Of a stretch of 64,000 nucleotides of DNA, positions 61,806-64,000 are shown in pieces (position 1 is the stretch's first letter; each line of letters opens with the position of its first letter). The stretch is from Neophaeotheca triangularis (lineage: Eukaryota). The position numbers were made by a program, and so were the translations under genes. The notes beneath the pieces are model-generated. The model had not been told where the DNA came from. It did no database searches and saw only the letters and a program-made list of their open reading frames with translations. The stretch spans positions 372,001 to 436,000 of the forward strand of contig BAAIJX010000014.1 of the NCBI GenBank assembly GCA_054600435.1. The letters are read 5' to 3'.

Positions 61806-63301
61806 ATGTTCACGCCCATCGCAGTCGCAGGCCTCTCATTGGCCGCTGCAGTGCAAAGCGCCACGGTTCACGTCGACCCATGCAAGGAGTACCAGAAGAT
61901 CGATGGCACAGGAATCTCCCAAGCTTTCCAGAGGTCCTTGTACCTATACGAGCTGGACGAGGGGCCTCGAAACGAAGTTCTCGATTTGCTGTTCACGGAG
62001 AAAGGCGCCGGTCTGACAATCTTGCGGAATGGCATTGGCTCGACACCGAACCAGGAGGAGGACTACATGAAGTCCATTGCGCCAACCGCTCCAGCGTCGA
62101 ATGATAGTGAGGTATGTGCGCTTTTCACAGGTATAATCGCAAAGGGCCACACCTAACCTTTTCCAAGCTCAATTTCATCCCTTTCCCTCGAGACGACCAG
62201 TATCAGGTTTGGCTCTCGAAGGAAGCTAAGGCCCGAGGCGTCAACAAGTTCTACGCTAATGCATGGAGTGCTGATGGTTACATGAGTAAGTGCGCTCTTC
62301 CACCCCCCTCGAGACATTTCAGTTGACCGACAACTCGTGCAGAAACGAACGGGACCGATTTCTGGGGCGGGTATCTCTGCGGCGTTTGGAATGCTTCCTG
62401 CGAGAGCGGCGACTGGCGACAAGCCTACGCCGACAAGCTCGTGAGATATGTCCAAATGTACGAAGAGGAAGGTATCCACATTGACTATCTCGGTCCGTGG
62501 AACGAGCCCGATCTCGCGACCTCGTATGCCTCGATGCTGTCCAACGGCAGGCAAGCGGCAGATTTCATTAGAGTGCTCCACCCCACACTCCAGGCGGCAG
62601 GCCTAACGACCGAGATCGCCTGCTGCGAAGGCACAGGCTGGGAGCCAAACCGGGAAATCCTCGAGGAAATCGAAGAGTACGGGCAAAGCGACAATCTCGG
62701 TCTCGTCACCAGCCACGGCTACACCTCATACCCGTCCTTTCCCTTCGACACGCCCCATCCTGTTTGGCAGAGCGAGTGGAGCACTTTCGACGACATCAAC
62801 TACAACTGGTACACGCCGGGCGGCAACATCAGCGACGGCATAACCTGGGCGAACAATATCCGCAACACCTTTGCCGACGCCAACGTCAACGCTTTCTTGT
62901 TCTGGTGGGGCGCGGCAGAGAAGACGGACACCAATGAGTTCCTCATCTGGATCAACGGAACTGAAGTCTACCGCCCTACTAAGCGATTATGGGCCATGGC
63001 GCATTTTGGGAAACGCTTTGTGCGCCAGGGAGCGTACCGTATCGATGCCGAGAGTAACATGTCTTCGCTCAATGCAACTGCTTTTGCGAATACGGATGGA
63101 TCCGTGGCTGTGCAGGTTATTAACAACAGTAACGATACTGAGACTGTAGTGTTGGAGCTGCCATTCGAGGGACGCCGCGTGCAGACGTTTTTGACGAACG
63201 AGGAGGTGGATCTGAAGGAGGGTGTTGCGTGTAGCGGCAAGAATGCAGCGGTAGCAGATGTGCCGGCGCAGTCCTTGATGAGCTTTTATGTATGCGGTTG
63301 A
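61806..63301 (+). CDS. Secreted glycoside hydrolase family 30, subfamily 7-like xylanase, three exons
   Basis: Signal peptide; SQAFQR, GAGLTILRNGIGS, YANAWSA, GDWRQAYA; catalytic NEPD and WQSEW; AFLFWWG, KRLWAMAHF. Confidence 0.92.
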
Positions 63302-64000
63302 GGGAGGTGGGGTGAGGTGAGTTGGCGGAAGTGAAGGTCGGCGGAAGGTATTGTCAAGGCGTAAGCGATGGCAGTGACGGCTTGCAAAGTTCCCTTTCTC
63401 ATTTGGTGAAAGGGCGTCTGAGCCGATGGCGGCCTCAGGGTGTCAAAATGTGTGTACCCCTGGACAGATACAACAGCATAGCTGTATCCAGCAAGCTGGA
63501 TTCTCACCAACACACGGCCCAGGCCAATGTATCATGACCAATCCAAAGCAGTGTGCCGCAGATACAAGCAAAAGCTGAAGATCCGGAGCTGATGGGTACA
63601 GGTGAATGATCAACGTGTGCTTTAGGGGATTTGGCCATCACGAGGGGGAAACGTCACATGATGCCAACCAAAGTCCTGAAGAGGCACTATTCGTCTTGTG
63701 GGAGACTGATGTACGTTGCGGTCATCTTTTGAACGACGATTGGCCGCTTTGCACCTAATCAGTTTGGTCAAAGGGGTCACAAGCGCTGGTCAGGTTTATC
63801 TCGAATCTTCGGAGTCGTACCCGTTGCATAGATGCCAGTCTTTGTATGTTGCAGGCCTAGCAAAAGGAAGGAGATGGGAATCTAATCCTGAGGTTGCTGC
63901 TCCTGGCTGGAGTTTCAGATCGGAATTCTAGTCAACTTTGGAGCAATAGCAATATACGGCTCCAAGCAGTCTAGCAAATCAATATGGTCCCCCCGAGATG

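Noticed and set aside
1..64000. CRISPR arrays, rRNA genes, intact transposons
   Set aside because: No repeat-spacer array, rRNA-like sequence, reverse transcriptase, integrase or DDE transposase ORF seen

Overview
Eukaryotic DNA from a filamentous ascomycete, probably a Dothideomycete (inferred from short GT-AG introns with CTRAC branch points and from gene content). About 22 protein-coding genes can be supported: RNR1, a secreted FAD-linked oxidoreductase, the MetR/CYS-3 bZIP factor, an aldo-keto reductase, CEX1/SCYL1, a large PHD/forkhead-like protein, an Hv1 proton-channel homolog, a GPI-anchored 8-Cys protein, PABPN1/Pab2, RQC1, a sulfatase, an inositol-type transporter, a desaturase-like protein, LST8, GUK1, RUD3, a GH30_7 xylanase and several orphans. 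Two accessory stretches interrupt the housekeeping genes. The first (about 25.7-32.9 kb) holds a decayed LCB1 copy and a spliced orphan with a possible PemK/MazF-like fold. The second (about 44.6-51.2 kb) holds RIP-like relics. The most unusual signal is non-coding. At 60450-60728 (-) there is a near-perfect tRNA cloverleaf with atypical identity elements, interrupted at the canonical 37/38 position by a 208-nt insert that folds into eight consecutive hairpins. A related tRNA-like element lies about 300 bp downstream. All calls were made by eye from the sequence; no searches or folding programs were run.
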